64,000 nucleotides of DNA from Saprolegnia diclina VS20. Taxonomy: Eukaryota. The first letter of the stretch is position 1. Each line of letters starts with the position of its first letter. A program made the position numbers and the translations under genes. The DNA is taken from contig NW_008246074.1 in the NCBI RefSeq assembly GCF_000281045.1, positions 1,016,573 to 1,080,572 of the forward strand, read 5' to 3'. This document shows, in pieces, positions 36,173-47,761 of this stretch. Under the pieces are notes generated by a model, which searched no databases, had not been told where the DNA came from, and worked only from the letters and a program-made list of their open reading frames with translations.

Positions 36173-37276
36173 CTAACTCAGAAGGTCGATGATTTCGGGC
36201 TTCTTGACGTGCAGGTCGGCCGCCGACGTCAGCGACGACGTCCGTGATGACGTCGCCGTCCCCGTGCCATCTTCGTGGAAGCTCATGAGGTCCATCATGC
36301 CGCCGCTGAGCGCACTCGTGCGCGGCGAGAGCGACCAGCCCGCAATCGAATCGCGCGCTTCAGGCGATGCCAGCTTGCTCACGTCGCTGCGCAGCACCGA
36401 AGGCTTGGTCCACGTGGTTTGCTTGGACGTGTCGTTGCGGTAGTAGACACGACCCGTCGACTTGGAGAAGACGGGATAGAAGCCGGGCTCGAGCACATAT
36501 TCGGTCTCGGCCATCTCTTCCCACTTGGAGCCGTTGATGTGCAGCGCGTACGTGATCTCGCCTTGGCTCTTGGACACGCTGATCGCAAGCTCGTGCTTGT
36601 CCTCGCCCATCTCGTGGGTCGCGTGCCAGTTGCTGCCGCGCGTCGGCGGCGGGCCATTCGGCGCCTCTTCGTGGCGAATGGACGTGCGGTCCAAGACGAG
36701 GCTCTTGCTGCCGTCGGCGCAGTCTTCCATGAGCAGCTGGTGCACCGGTCCGTCTTGGCCAAACGTAAACGTCCACGCCACGCGCACGTCCTTGTGTTCG
36801 TTGCAATCGATCGCGTAATGGACGCGCCGCGCATACGACTTGCTGCTCCACTTGGTGCTCACAAAGCGCTCGTACTTGAGCTCGCGCTCGGGCAGCGAGT
36901 CCCACTCCCAGCGGTCAATCAGGAGCACGTAGAGGTTGTCGGCCGTCAGGTTCGCCTTGGCTTTCGCGCGCTCGACAAAGCTGAGCTGGTTGATGTCCTT
37001 GATAACGATCTGGAACGGGACGCTTGGCCGACTCGGCACGGAAAAGTCGAACGTCCATCCGCCGGCGTAGCTCTCGGACGCGCCAATGCGCTTGCCGTCG
37101 AGCTTGACGCGCTTCTTGGCCGTCACGCGTGAGTGCTCGAGCGTGACCGTGTGCACCTCCTCGCAGCCGTCGAAGACGAAGCGCCAGCTCAGCCGCTTCT
37201 TGGAGGCCGCCACGCGCTCGCCAATGTTTTCAATCTCGAGGCCCACACGGAGCGCGGGGGGACTGGGCGTCGGCAT
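36173..37276 (-). CDS. Protein with two FAIM-like beta-sandwich repeats and a WW domain
   Basis: WRFVFDG..EVHTVTLEHSRVTAKKRVKLDGK and WTFTFG....HQLLMEDCADGSKSLVLD; WW-like GFYPVFSKSTGRVYYRN..SKQTTWTKP. Confidence 0.75.
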   Translation of the reverse strand: MPTPSPPALRVGLEIENIGERVAASKKRLSWRFVFDGCEEVHTVTLEHSRVTAKKRVKLDGKRIGASESYAGGWTFDFSVPSRPSVPFQIVIKDINQLSFVERAKAKANLTADNLYVLLIDRWEWDSLPERELKYERFVSTKWSSKSYARRVHYAIDCNEHKDVRVAWTFTFGQDGPVHQLLMEDCADGSKSLVLDRTSIRHEEAPNGPPPTRGSNWHATHEMGEDKHELAISVSKSQGEITYALHINGSKWEEMAETEYVLEPGFYPVFSKSTGRVYYRNDTSKQTTWTKPSVLRSDVSKLASPEARDSIAGWSLSPRTSALSGGMMDLMSFHEDGTGTATSSRTSSLTSAADLHVKKPEIIDLLS

Positions 37277-38242
37277 GGCTGCTTGTTCGTCGAAAAATGA
37301 CCAAATGAACAGGCAGTCTCCGGATGCGTTACGGAGGATAGAAACACGCAACCGTGGCTCTGCCGCGCCGCCGCCAGACACGCGCCCATGCCCATTGCAG
37401 GACACACACCACGTGCCTTCGCAATGTCGATCATTGCTGCTGGCATCGACCGTAGTCCTAGAGCTAATAGAGCATCACGACGTCGCCTCGCGGCCAACGA
37501 GACAGCTTCAACGCGTGGCAACACACGCGAGACAGCACCAGCCGCGTCGATGGAAACTTATGGTCCATCAGATTTGAGAATCGAATGGCGATGCTCATGG
37601 CGCGCGTTCGTGGCTTGCCAGTTGGCCATGACGAAGACGCATCGCTTCGCGCAAGATGGACGCAGAGATGGACGCGGCCGTCGAACGCCGCCTGTCAAAA
37701 GTTGACAGGAAACAGCGATCTTGCTAAAGTGGCGTGTTTTTAACGCGTGCAATGCGCCCAACCATCCGCATAACGCAGAGATGCACTGGCTTCTCGGCCA
37801 CTGGACTTAATCACCCAACGCAGCGAGCGGTCGTCGACGCGCCGCCGTAAGCTGCAGCATTGGGCGCCGCGTGCGCCTGGACCTGTACGCTCCAAGATCG
37901 CGTCGAGTCTGTGCACCGCGCTACCATCATCACATCGCAGCGCGCGCCCAGTGGACAGCGCTGGCCTTCATGACGTGGCAGCGCCTCGTGGCAGCCGTTG
38001 CCGCAGCGCTGCCTGAATGGTCAGGATGGACCGACCACGACGGCAACACGGAGGGCGATCGGCCGCCAACGACCATGCGCGTCGTTGCTGTTGTCGTCGT
38101 TTGTCGGCGTGATTGGGTGCGACGCTGGCGTCCGACGCAAATCTCCAATCGCTGCCAGATCTGCGCTTTGTTAGGATCTGAGTCGATTGATTGCACCTGG
38201 TTTCCTAGTAATCAGATCGCGCGGCGCGTGTGGTCAGACGTC

Positions 38243-38713
38243 ATGGTCAGTCGCTCCTTCCAAGTGCTGCTTCTCGGCCTCTCGCTGCTTGGTGCGCTTC
38301 ATGCGGGATGGATCTCGGGTGAGTACAGCGTCGGCAACAGTGTGCGCGACTGGACCTTTCGCCTCGCCGTCGACGGGAGCTGCGTTGTCGCGTTGGCCGA
38401 CGCCGCCGACCGCTGGCGTGTCTACGCGTCGCGGGACGGCGGTCCCATGTCCATGATGCAACGCGCCACCGACGGACGCTGCCTCACGTTCGTCCCGGGC
38501 CCGCCATCGCCCTCGATCGCGCTGACGCCATGCTGCGCCAATTCGACGGCGCAGCAGTGGCACATGGCCCCGCACGCGCTTCGGAGCGACTGGATTGCGC
38601 ATAGCGGGCTGTGCGTGACCGTGTACAACGAAGGCAGCGGCCACTTTGGGTCGCCCGTGCTCGAGCCCTGTGCCCGCGGCCGGCCCGAACAACAAATGTA
38701 CTTTTTCGCTTAA
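38243..38713 (+). CDS. Secreted ricin-B (beta-trefoil) lectin-like protein
   Basis: Signal-peptide-like MVSRSFQVLLLGLSLLGALHA; repeats GRCLT...LTPC...AQQW and SGLCVTV...VLEPC...EQQM. Confidence 0.75.
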   Translation: MVSRSFQVLLLGLSLLGALHAGWISGEYSVGNSVRDWTFRLAVDGSCVVALADAADRWRVYASRDGGPMSMMQRATDGRCLTFVPGPPSPSIALTPCCANSTAQQWHMAPHALRSDWIAHSGLCVTVYNEGSGHFGSPVLEPCARGRPEQQMYFFA

Positions 38714-38754
38714 CGCCAACAATGATATTCAACGACATCAAGAGAAGCTTGAGC

Positions 38755-40983
38755 TTAGACGGTCTTGGGCAAACCGAGCTCGGCAATCGTCACGTCACGC
38801 ACTAGAACGCCCGACACGCATGAGCACATAGGTCGGAGTCTGAAGCGTACTCATAAACTTTTGAACCTTGCCCGTGATCGTGGTCGGAAACTCCGACTTG
38901 AAGAGAAAGTACTTGGGCACTTTGAAGTGGGCGAGCTCGGCCGCCAGATGCGCCCGCAGCGCCGCCTCGACGTCAACAACGGACGTCGACTCGTCCTGCA
39001 GATGCACCCACGCGCACACTTGCTCGCCGTAGACCTTGTCGGGGACGCCAATCACACTGGCGTTCGCGACGCTCGGATGTGCAAACAGCACTTCTTCGAT
39101 TTCCCGCGGGTAGATGTTTTCACCGCCTACACCTGCATCGCATCCTCCTGAACAAGCAGCAGCGTCGTACCTCGGATGATGACGTCCTTGGACCGACCCA
39201 CAATGCGGCAGTACCTGTCGTCGTCGCATGAGGGTTAGGGCAAGACGACGAGGGGTAGGGTACACACCCGCGCTCGTCCATGGCCACAATGTCGCCAGTG
39301 TGCATCCAGCCATCTTCAATGGACTTGGCTGTTTCCTTCGGCTGATCCCAGTAGCCTACGCATTTGGTAAAAGTCTGTATCGCAGAGCCTCTGAGAACGC
39401 ACCTTGCATGATGTGGTAGCCCTTGACCATGAGTTCGCCGGCTTGGTTCGGCCCGAGTTCCTTGGACGAGTCTTCGACGTCGACTACCTTGGCGTCGACA
39501 AAGGGCAGAAGTGCGCCGACCGTCGCGACGCGGTCGTCCAGGGCGTCGTCGCCGCGGGTTTGAAAGCTCAGCGGACTCGTCTACGACCCAACGAGATCAG
39601 TTGGAAGGTATCTAAAAGCAGGTGACACCAAGTACCTCGGTCATGCCGTAGCCGATAGTCATTTCCGGCGCAAACGTGAGCACCTCTTGCATGATCTCGA
39701 TTGGGCACGGCGCGCCCGCCATGATGCCGGTCCGGAGCGTCTTGACTCGGTCGAGATGGAACGTCGGCGAGTTGAGCATGCGGATGAACATGGTCGGCAC
39801 ACCGTAGAGCGACGTGCAGCCCTCGCTCTCGACGGCGTTGAGCGCCGCGACTTCGTTAAACTGCTTGGACGGGTACACCGCCGTGCCTAATAGCACGAAA
39901 CACTCTGCATCCATGCTGTCACAAGATGGTCGTACTGGCGTGGGCAAGACACGCGAGGTTGCCGAGCACGACGCCAAAGCAGTGGTACAGCGGTACGGGG
40001 ATGCACACGCGATCTTTGGTCGAGTAGCCGCAGCGCTGGCCGGCAAAGTAGCCGTTGTTGAGCAAGTTGCGGTGCGTGAGCGCTGCGCCTTTCGGTGTGC
40101 CCGTCGTTCCGGACGTAAACTGGATGTTGATGACGTCGTCCGGCGCAATCTCGGGCGTTGGCGGCGCGGCCCGCGATTCAGCGTGCGCGATCAAGTCGTG
40201 TAGCGCAACCATACCAGGGTACGTCTTATCGCGCGCGTCGTGCAAGATGTACTTGAGGTGCGGCAGCGCTTGGAGCGAGAGTGGCTGGACGTGCTCGTTG
40301 TGCAGCAGCGGCGAGGTCTCCGACAGCAATTCGGGCAAGATCGAGTCGAGCACTTGGATGTAGTCGGTGCCATGGACCGTCGGCGTGATCAAAATGGCCT
40401 GGTGCAGTCGCTTTGAATACGGTCGCGGGCGATCAAAAGTCGTACCTTGCATTGCACGAGGTTCATTGCAAACTCAAACTCGTGGGCGCGGTACGCAGGG
40501 TTGACGTTCACGAGCACGACGCCGATCTTGGCGCAGGCCATTTGCACTAATCGTGTGGTGTTCGCACCGAAGTACGAGGAGAGGAGGCAGGACGTACCGA
40601 GGTAGTAGTCGCCCGTGTTGGGCAGCCACGCGCCAAAGCGGTCGCCCTTCTCAAGGCCCATCCAGCGCAGCGCGTGTGCCATTGCATCGACCTAGATCGT
40701 ACTCTTGCGTCCGCCATTGCATGAGCATGAGGGTATATACCTTGGCGTTGACCTCGTGGTACGTCCAGCGAATGTCTTCTTCGACCGCGACCAAGGCAGT
40801 TTGGTTCGGGTGCTCGCGGGCGGCAGCCTCGAGCATCTCGCCAATCGTGCACTCGAGCATCGGGGGGCTGCGCGGGCCCGAGAACGTGGTGAGCGCGCGC
40901 CACGCCAGTCGGGTGGGCGACGGGCGCACCAAAGCGCGGGGCGACAGCGAGAGGGCGCGGTGGCGGAGGGCGCGAAGGAGCAT
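38755..40983 (-). CDS. Acyl-CoA synthetase, ACSF2-like, probably mitochondrial, multi-exon
   Basis: [52 protein letters not shown] and TITGKVQK; Arg-rich N-terminal presequence. Confidence 0.94.
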
Positions 40984-42133
40984 TGGCGCAGGCACAGCGA
41001 CTTGGAAACTAAGCGAAACCAGACAGGCAAGTTCTGGGCTTGACCAGATTGGGCAAAGTATCTTTTTTTCTGGCAAAGGCAACGTCGATCAGAGCCGAAC
41101 GACGTGGTTTTTACCAGCTGGTCGACGATAACTTGGTCTTTGTATGGAGACGCCCACAACTTCAACGTGGGAAATGTGGTTTTCACGTCCACACACCCCA
41201 GAAAGGGTGCATTCCTTGCCGATCGCGACCTCCTGGCGCTCGTCATCGACCGAAATCAGGACGCGCGATGTCGTCGGTGACGTCGTTTACGTCGACGCTG
41301 CCATGCAGAGGACGTCTTCGGTTGGACCTTTGGCCACCAGAAGCTAGAGACAGCCCCAACAAACGAGATGACGACGTGTTGGCTCGTCAGGAAAGGCCAT
41401 CGCTTGGGGTGGCGGTCGTGGCGCGGCTGTAGGAACGGACACTTGGCGGCACCATCCGATACGCATCAGGTGGGTGCAGCGGCGGACACGTCCGTGGCAG
41501 CTTCCGTGCTTCCGTCGCCTTCCGTGTTTGGCCAATCGCCGCCGATTGCAGGGTTGTACTCGACGCATTTTGCACCTGGCCATGCAGCGGCAGGCATGAA
41601 GGAGGCTGATGCGTGTCCTTGCAATGGTATGCATGCGTCGCCCACCACTCTCGGCGCAACTGCGAATTGGACTGCGGTGACGACTACTAGAATACTGGGT
41701 TGGTGCTGGCGCGGCGAGGGTGCCTAGGACGGTGCTACGTGTAGCTTGGCATGCGCTGGCTCGGCAGGCTATGGCCAAACAGTACTCAGCTTGCACCTCG
41801 AAGACCGTTGTGGAAGCTGCATTGTATTGCGCTTGGCCCGCGAGCTACCACTGGTGACAGAACTGGCGGGCTACCGGTACGCTAAGTCGACGACGCCTCG
41901 CCGGTCGTTTGCGGTCGCGACCTTGAACTTGGCCGGGATCGTTACACGGAAACGTCGTGGCAACTAGATTCTAGAAGGCTCTGCGATGCGCCCCCCCCTG
42001 CGGTCTGCTACGCACGTTAGTTAGTTCGCCGCTGACGACTAACTAATGCGATTACACGCGATGGCGTGCTTGGTACTCACACTCTCGTGGCGCCACCGCA
42101 GCGCCCGCTGGCCTCTTCGAGAAACCGCGTAGA

Positions 42134-42829
<696 letters not shown>

Positions 42830-43719
42830 ACTTGTCGGATTTTTATACACAACACCGATGATTATTGTAATTTGAACGTCGTGTGCGACCTTACGAACCC
42901 TCGATTGTCATCGTCTACTTCACGGCCATTTGCACGGAAGAGCACGTGCAGGATCACATCATGGTGCATGGAGACGAGCCGGCGACAGCAGTGGTATGCA
43001 GCGACACAGTGTTGCACGCTTTCCGTGTTGCATAAAAAGTGCTGGGCTCGGCGTCTCTGTCAGAGCCAAGCACGACGTGGCCGCGCGACAAAGCCCCAGC
43101 TCCACCCTCGTTGCTCGCGCATGTTGCCCGTGGACATGCAGCACCGTCGGAGCCGCCTCGGGTCGTCGAGCTGCTCGATCTCACGACCGACGACGTGGGT
43201 TGCATGCAAGGTGTCGATCACAGCAAGGCCTGGATCATACTAGGAGTAGAAGAAGCGTAGCATTAGCCAAGTAGATTCGATCGAGCTGATAATGCGTTGG
43301 CCTCGGCGTCCGAGAGCTCGACGCCGAGCGAGTAGATACGACGAACAGGTCACCAAACGGAACGACTGGTCGACCTTGCGTTGCGGGACTCCTTGCCATG
43401 ACGAGAGGCTGTCTCCAGCAGCTCTTCGGTTTCATGACCTCGTCTTAGGCCTCAAGCGCTAGTTGCGTACCATCAAGAGCAATCCCGTCCATGCATGCAT
43501 GCGACCAGGTAGATCTTCCTCGCTTCGTCTAGTCGCATAGGAAGTACCTCGGCCGACGAGCAACGTCGCCTTGCTCGGCCTGTCGTCACGGCCTGTCGGC
43601 GGATACCTTTTTGGCCAATCGCAGAGCGCCCCCGCGCACGACGCGTTTTGATTGGTCACGACTAGCGAATCTGCCACTGCCTGCGATCATCACTTTTTCG
43701 TTTGGAACAAGCTTGGCAC

Positions 43720-46700
43720 ATGGGGCTGCCGCTGGAAGACGTGCTCGAGGCCATGGACGTCGATGTTGACGCAGCGACGACCGACGCGGCGACGGCCAAA
43801 GCCATTGCAGAGAGCCCAACGCTGACGCAGGCGGCGACGAACCCGGTCTTTACCGCCGTCTTGCGCAACTTTGACTTCAAGCGCAGCGCGGCCGAGATTG
43901 TGGCGCACTGCGCGTGCAGTGGCGTCGTCGACATTGTGCGCTGTCACATACGCACGCCACAGCCCAAAACGCCGCGCAAGAAGACGGCGATCGTGTCGGT
44001 CGCGTCGCGCCTCGGGTTGGAGCGGCTGCTGCAACTCGACAAGACGCACTGGGACAAGCGCCCGTTGTACGTGCGTGAGAGCAAGGACCCGGCGCTGGCG
44101 GCGCTTGTGCACGACACACTCTCGCGCCGGTTTGCAGCCGCTTCGTTTCACATTGTGCCATCGATCGAGACGGCTGAGATGGTCCCACCGCGGTTTTCGG
44201 CCACGCGAGACGTAGCCTTTCTCTGCAACGGGCGGAGCGCCGACGCCTTCTCGATCGAGTTTGACGCGCACCGTGTGACGTTCAAGGTGGCGTCGGTCGC
44301 GACCTGCAGCGTTGGCACGGACGAGGCGGGCGACACGGTTATCTGGCTCACGCTTCGCCGCGCACCGTTTGTCTTTCGATCCGGCGACACCGATGACAAC
44401 CCGTTTTCGAGTCTGTTTGCGGACTTTGGGCGCCTCTTGCAGCCATCAACGCTCTGGGAGCGCGATGCCAGCGGCTGCAAGGACACGGGCGAGTGGGTGC
44501 GCTGCGTGGACCCGTCGCCGGCCAAGGCCTTTGGCATGTACCTCTGCTACCAGCTCGTCTTGACGTCATCCTCGCCGAGCGACGTCCTCGACGTGCTTCG
44601 ACGCATGGGTCTCGAGCACGTGGCATTCGCTGAAGCAACGCTGCCGCGCCTCCCGCCCGCGCCGTCGCTGAGATTGCCAGAGTCGGACTGGAGCGGCGGC
44701 TTTGATGCGCTCTTGGCGCCGCTCTCGGAGGCGATGCGGTACGCTCTGCACGTGCTTGTCAGCAACCACGTGATTGTGTTGACGCACGCCGCCCAAGTCT
44801 CGGCGCTTGTTGCTGCGCTGCTCGCATCGACCGTCTCGGCTGCGGCCATTATGCGGCTGGCGCACTGGCGCCACCGGCGCACGTCGTCGGCGTGGCGCAA
44901 GCTCTTGGCGACGATCGAGGCACCGCCGCCGCCGCCACGACCGGATCCACCAAGTGTCGTCCGGGTCCGGCGCGTGCTCGTGACGCCCTTGCGCATTGTT
45001 GTCGACGTGCCCGACCTCGATGCGTCCAACCGCGTCCTGCGTCTCTACGCTACGCACCTCGACCGCTTTGTCCGCGCGACCTTTGTCGACGAACACTATG
45101 GGTCAGTGCACCGCGTCAAGCGCGATATACCCCACCGGATCGCGTCGATTGTGAGAGATGGCTTGTACATTGCGGGCAACCACTATGTGTTTCTTGGCTA
45201 CTCGAACGCGCAGCTGCGCAGCCAAAGCGCCTGGTTCTACAATGCGCCAAACGACGCGTCGGCCCCCAGCGTGGCTGCCATTCACGCGTCGCTTGGCGAT
45301 TTTCTGGCGATTCCGACAGTCGGCAAGCGCGGTGCGCGGCTCGGCCAAGCGTTTAGTGGCACGGCCACCGCGGTCGTCGTGCCCCTGTACGAGACGCGCA
45401 CCGTGCCCGACATTGAGCGCAACGGCTACTGCTTTTCCGACGGCGTCGGCACCATCTCGGTGGCCTTGGCCAAAACGGTGGCGCACGCGCTGCAGCTCGA
45501 GACCATCCCGTCGGCCTTCCAGATTCGGTACGGCGGGTACAAGGGCGTCTTGTCGGTCGACCCGCTGCTGTGTGGCAATGTGCGCATGGCGCTGCGCCCG
45601 AGCATGCGCAAGTTTGAGTCGTCGCACTGCGCGCTCGAGATTTGCTCGACGGCGTCGCGTATGAGCTGCTACTTGAACCGCCAGCTCATTTCGGTGCTGT
45701 CGGCGCGCGGCGTCCATGACACGGCGTTTCTAGCGCTCTACGACGCCATGCTCTCGAGCCTCGACGCGTGCCTCGGGAGCGCGGTCGCGGCGGCGCAGCT
45801 CGTGGCCACCCACGACCCGAGCAGTCCCGTTGCCAAGCTCTTGGCGGCCGGCGTCGGTCTCGACGACCGCTACGTGTTTGAGTGGATTGGTGTGCTTCGG
45901 AGTCGGCTACTGCGCAACGTGGAGCTCAAGGCGCGCATTTTGGTCCCGAACGGCGTCAACCTCGTGGGCGTTGTCGATGAAACGAGGTCGCTGCCAGCGC
46001 ACACTGTGTTTTTCCAAACCCGCGGCGAGACGCCGGCGTTTGGGTCGACGATTGCGGTCGGCCGGTGTCCGTGTCTGCACCCGGGCGACATTCAGTGCCT
46101 CACGCTCGTCGATGCGCCGGCCTTGCGCCACTTGTACGACGTGCTCGTGTTTTCGTCGGCCGGCGACCGCCCGGACCCCGACACGATGGCCGGTGGCGAC
46201 CTCGACGGCGATGTCTACTTTTGTATTTGGGACGAGCGACTGCTGCCGACGACGACGTACCCGCCGATGGAGCCCGGGGTCGCAGCGACGCCACCGACGT
46301 CGGTGGACCCGACCATGAACGTACGGTGAATCGATAATGTGGAAGACGCTGATGGAAGCGATGTATAGGCGATTGGTCGGTTCTACGTTGACTACCTCAT
46401 GAACGACAACCTCGGGCAAATTGCCAACACGCACGTTGTGCTCTGCGACCTAAGTCCTCACGGCGCGTGCGACCCGCTCGCGCTCGCGTTTGCGTCGGCG
46501 CACGCGGTCGCGGTCGACTACGCCAAGTCGGGCATCCCCGCGTCGATTCCCAAGTACCCGCCGATGGATGTGTACCCCGACTTTATGGACAAGCCCGACA
46601 AGGGCGTGTACGAGTCGACCAAAGTCCTCGGGCAACTGTACCGCCGCGCCAAGACTGCGCGGCTCTATGAGCCCACGTGCGACGCCAAGATGCTCCGCTG

Positions 46701-47115
46701 CCTCGCGCCCGGGTTTGAAATGTACCAAGCCGACGCGCTCGAGATGTTTGTCGACTACACGTCGGCGCTCTATGACGTGGCGACGCGGTTTGAAGTCGCG
46801 ACCGAAGCCGAGCTTGTCTCGGGCTACGTGCGGCACCTCTCGGCCAAGGTCTGTCGCACGCGCGGCGCCAAGGCCAGTGACGACACGCTCGAGCGCCTCC
46901 GCCTCGCTGTCCGCCGCGTCCAACAAGAGTTTACCGACGTGTTTTGGGCCGAGTTTACCGAGCCCAACGACGACGATCTTCGTGTGCTCCAGAAGGCGTC
47001 GGCGTGGTATCACTGCGCGTACACGTATGTGTGGCCGACGGGGCATGCACCGTACTTGAGCTTTGGCTGGCTCGCGCTCGGGCCCATGTGCCACCTCGTG
47101 CGCGCCAGCCAGTAG
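43720..47115 (+). CDS. Cellular RNA-dependent RNA polymerase (RDR/QDE-1 family); intron 46321-46368
   Basis: SNRVLR, FLGYSNAQLR, ARLGQAFS, FSDGVG, AFQIRYGGYKG, CLHPGD, catalytic GGDLDGD, LGQIANTH, AVDYAKSG and YPDFM. Confidence 0.96.
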
Positions 47116-47286
47116 TGCCGACTCGTTGTATGTCGAGAGAAGAACCCAAATGCGTGCAGATGTCGGTGGTTGGGTTGAGAACGCAGTGGTGGTGGTGGAC
47201 GGGGTGCATGGAAGAAGCGGTCGCGACGCCGACGATCCTCACAGAGACGCCATCGACGTTATGTACACGGATAGGTATAAAGCTCA

Positions 47287-47670
47287 TTAGGCTGCTGGTT
47301 TTTCTTCGGCTTCCTTTTCTTTGGCATCGTCGATCTTGGTCTCGACCTTGACCTCTTCGGTTTCCGAGACTTGGAGCACGACGAGCGTAAACTTGGCGTA
47401 CTGCGCGATGATCATTTCGTGGAGCTTGGTGCGGAGGCGGAGGCACTCGATGTCGCTCTCGGCCGCGTCAAAGAGCTTGGTGAGGTATTTCTTGGAGCGC
47501 GCGTAGAGGTTGAGGATGTGGTACGCGTGCATGACGGCCATCTTGTACTCCATGTTCTCGTACTTGATGACGATCCCGTCGTTGTTCATGACGATGTACG
47601 AGAAGAAGCCGGGCTTGGCCTTGAGCGCCTTGATCGTCTCCTCGACCTCGTTCGGCGCGTTGTTGGCCAT
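47287..47670 (-). CDS. Dynein light chain, roadblock/LC7 type
   Basis: EVEETIKAL...G...IVMNNDGIVIK ... LRLRTKLHEMIIA.....LVVLQ. Confidence 0.9.
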   Translation of the reverse strand: MANNAPNEVEETIKALKAKPGFFSYIVMNNDGIVIKYENMEYKMAVMHAYHILNLYARSKKYLTKLFDAAESDIECLRLRTKLHEMIIAQYAKFTLVVLQVSETEEVKVETKIDDAKEKEAEEKPAA

Positions 47671-47761
47671 TGCACTATGGATCTTAGAGGGGCACACACA
47701 CACTAATTTCAAATAGTGTGCTACAAGTGGAATAGTGTCAAGTGCAATCTCGACGACTGGC

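Noticed and set aside
41140..41970. Short ORFs between the acyl-CoA synthetase and calmodulin (likewise 4281-4763, 11837-12758, 37871-38240)
   Set aside because: No domain similarity or coding-type codon bias; treated as intergenic.
43720..47115. Endogenous viral RdRP
   Set aside because: It has the cellular double-psi-barrel DxDGD signature and a spliceosomal intron, not viral palm GDD motifs.
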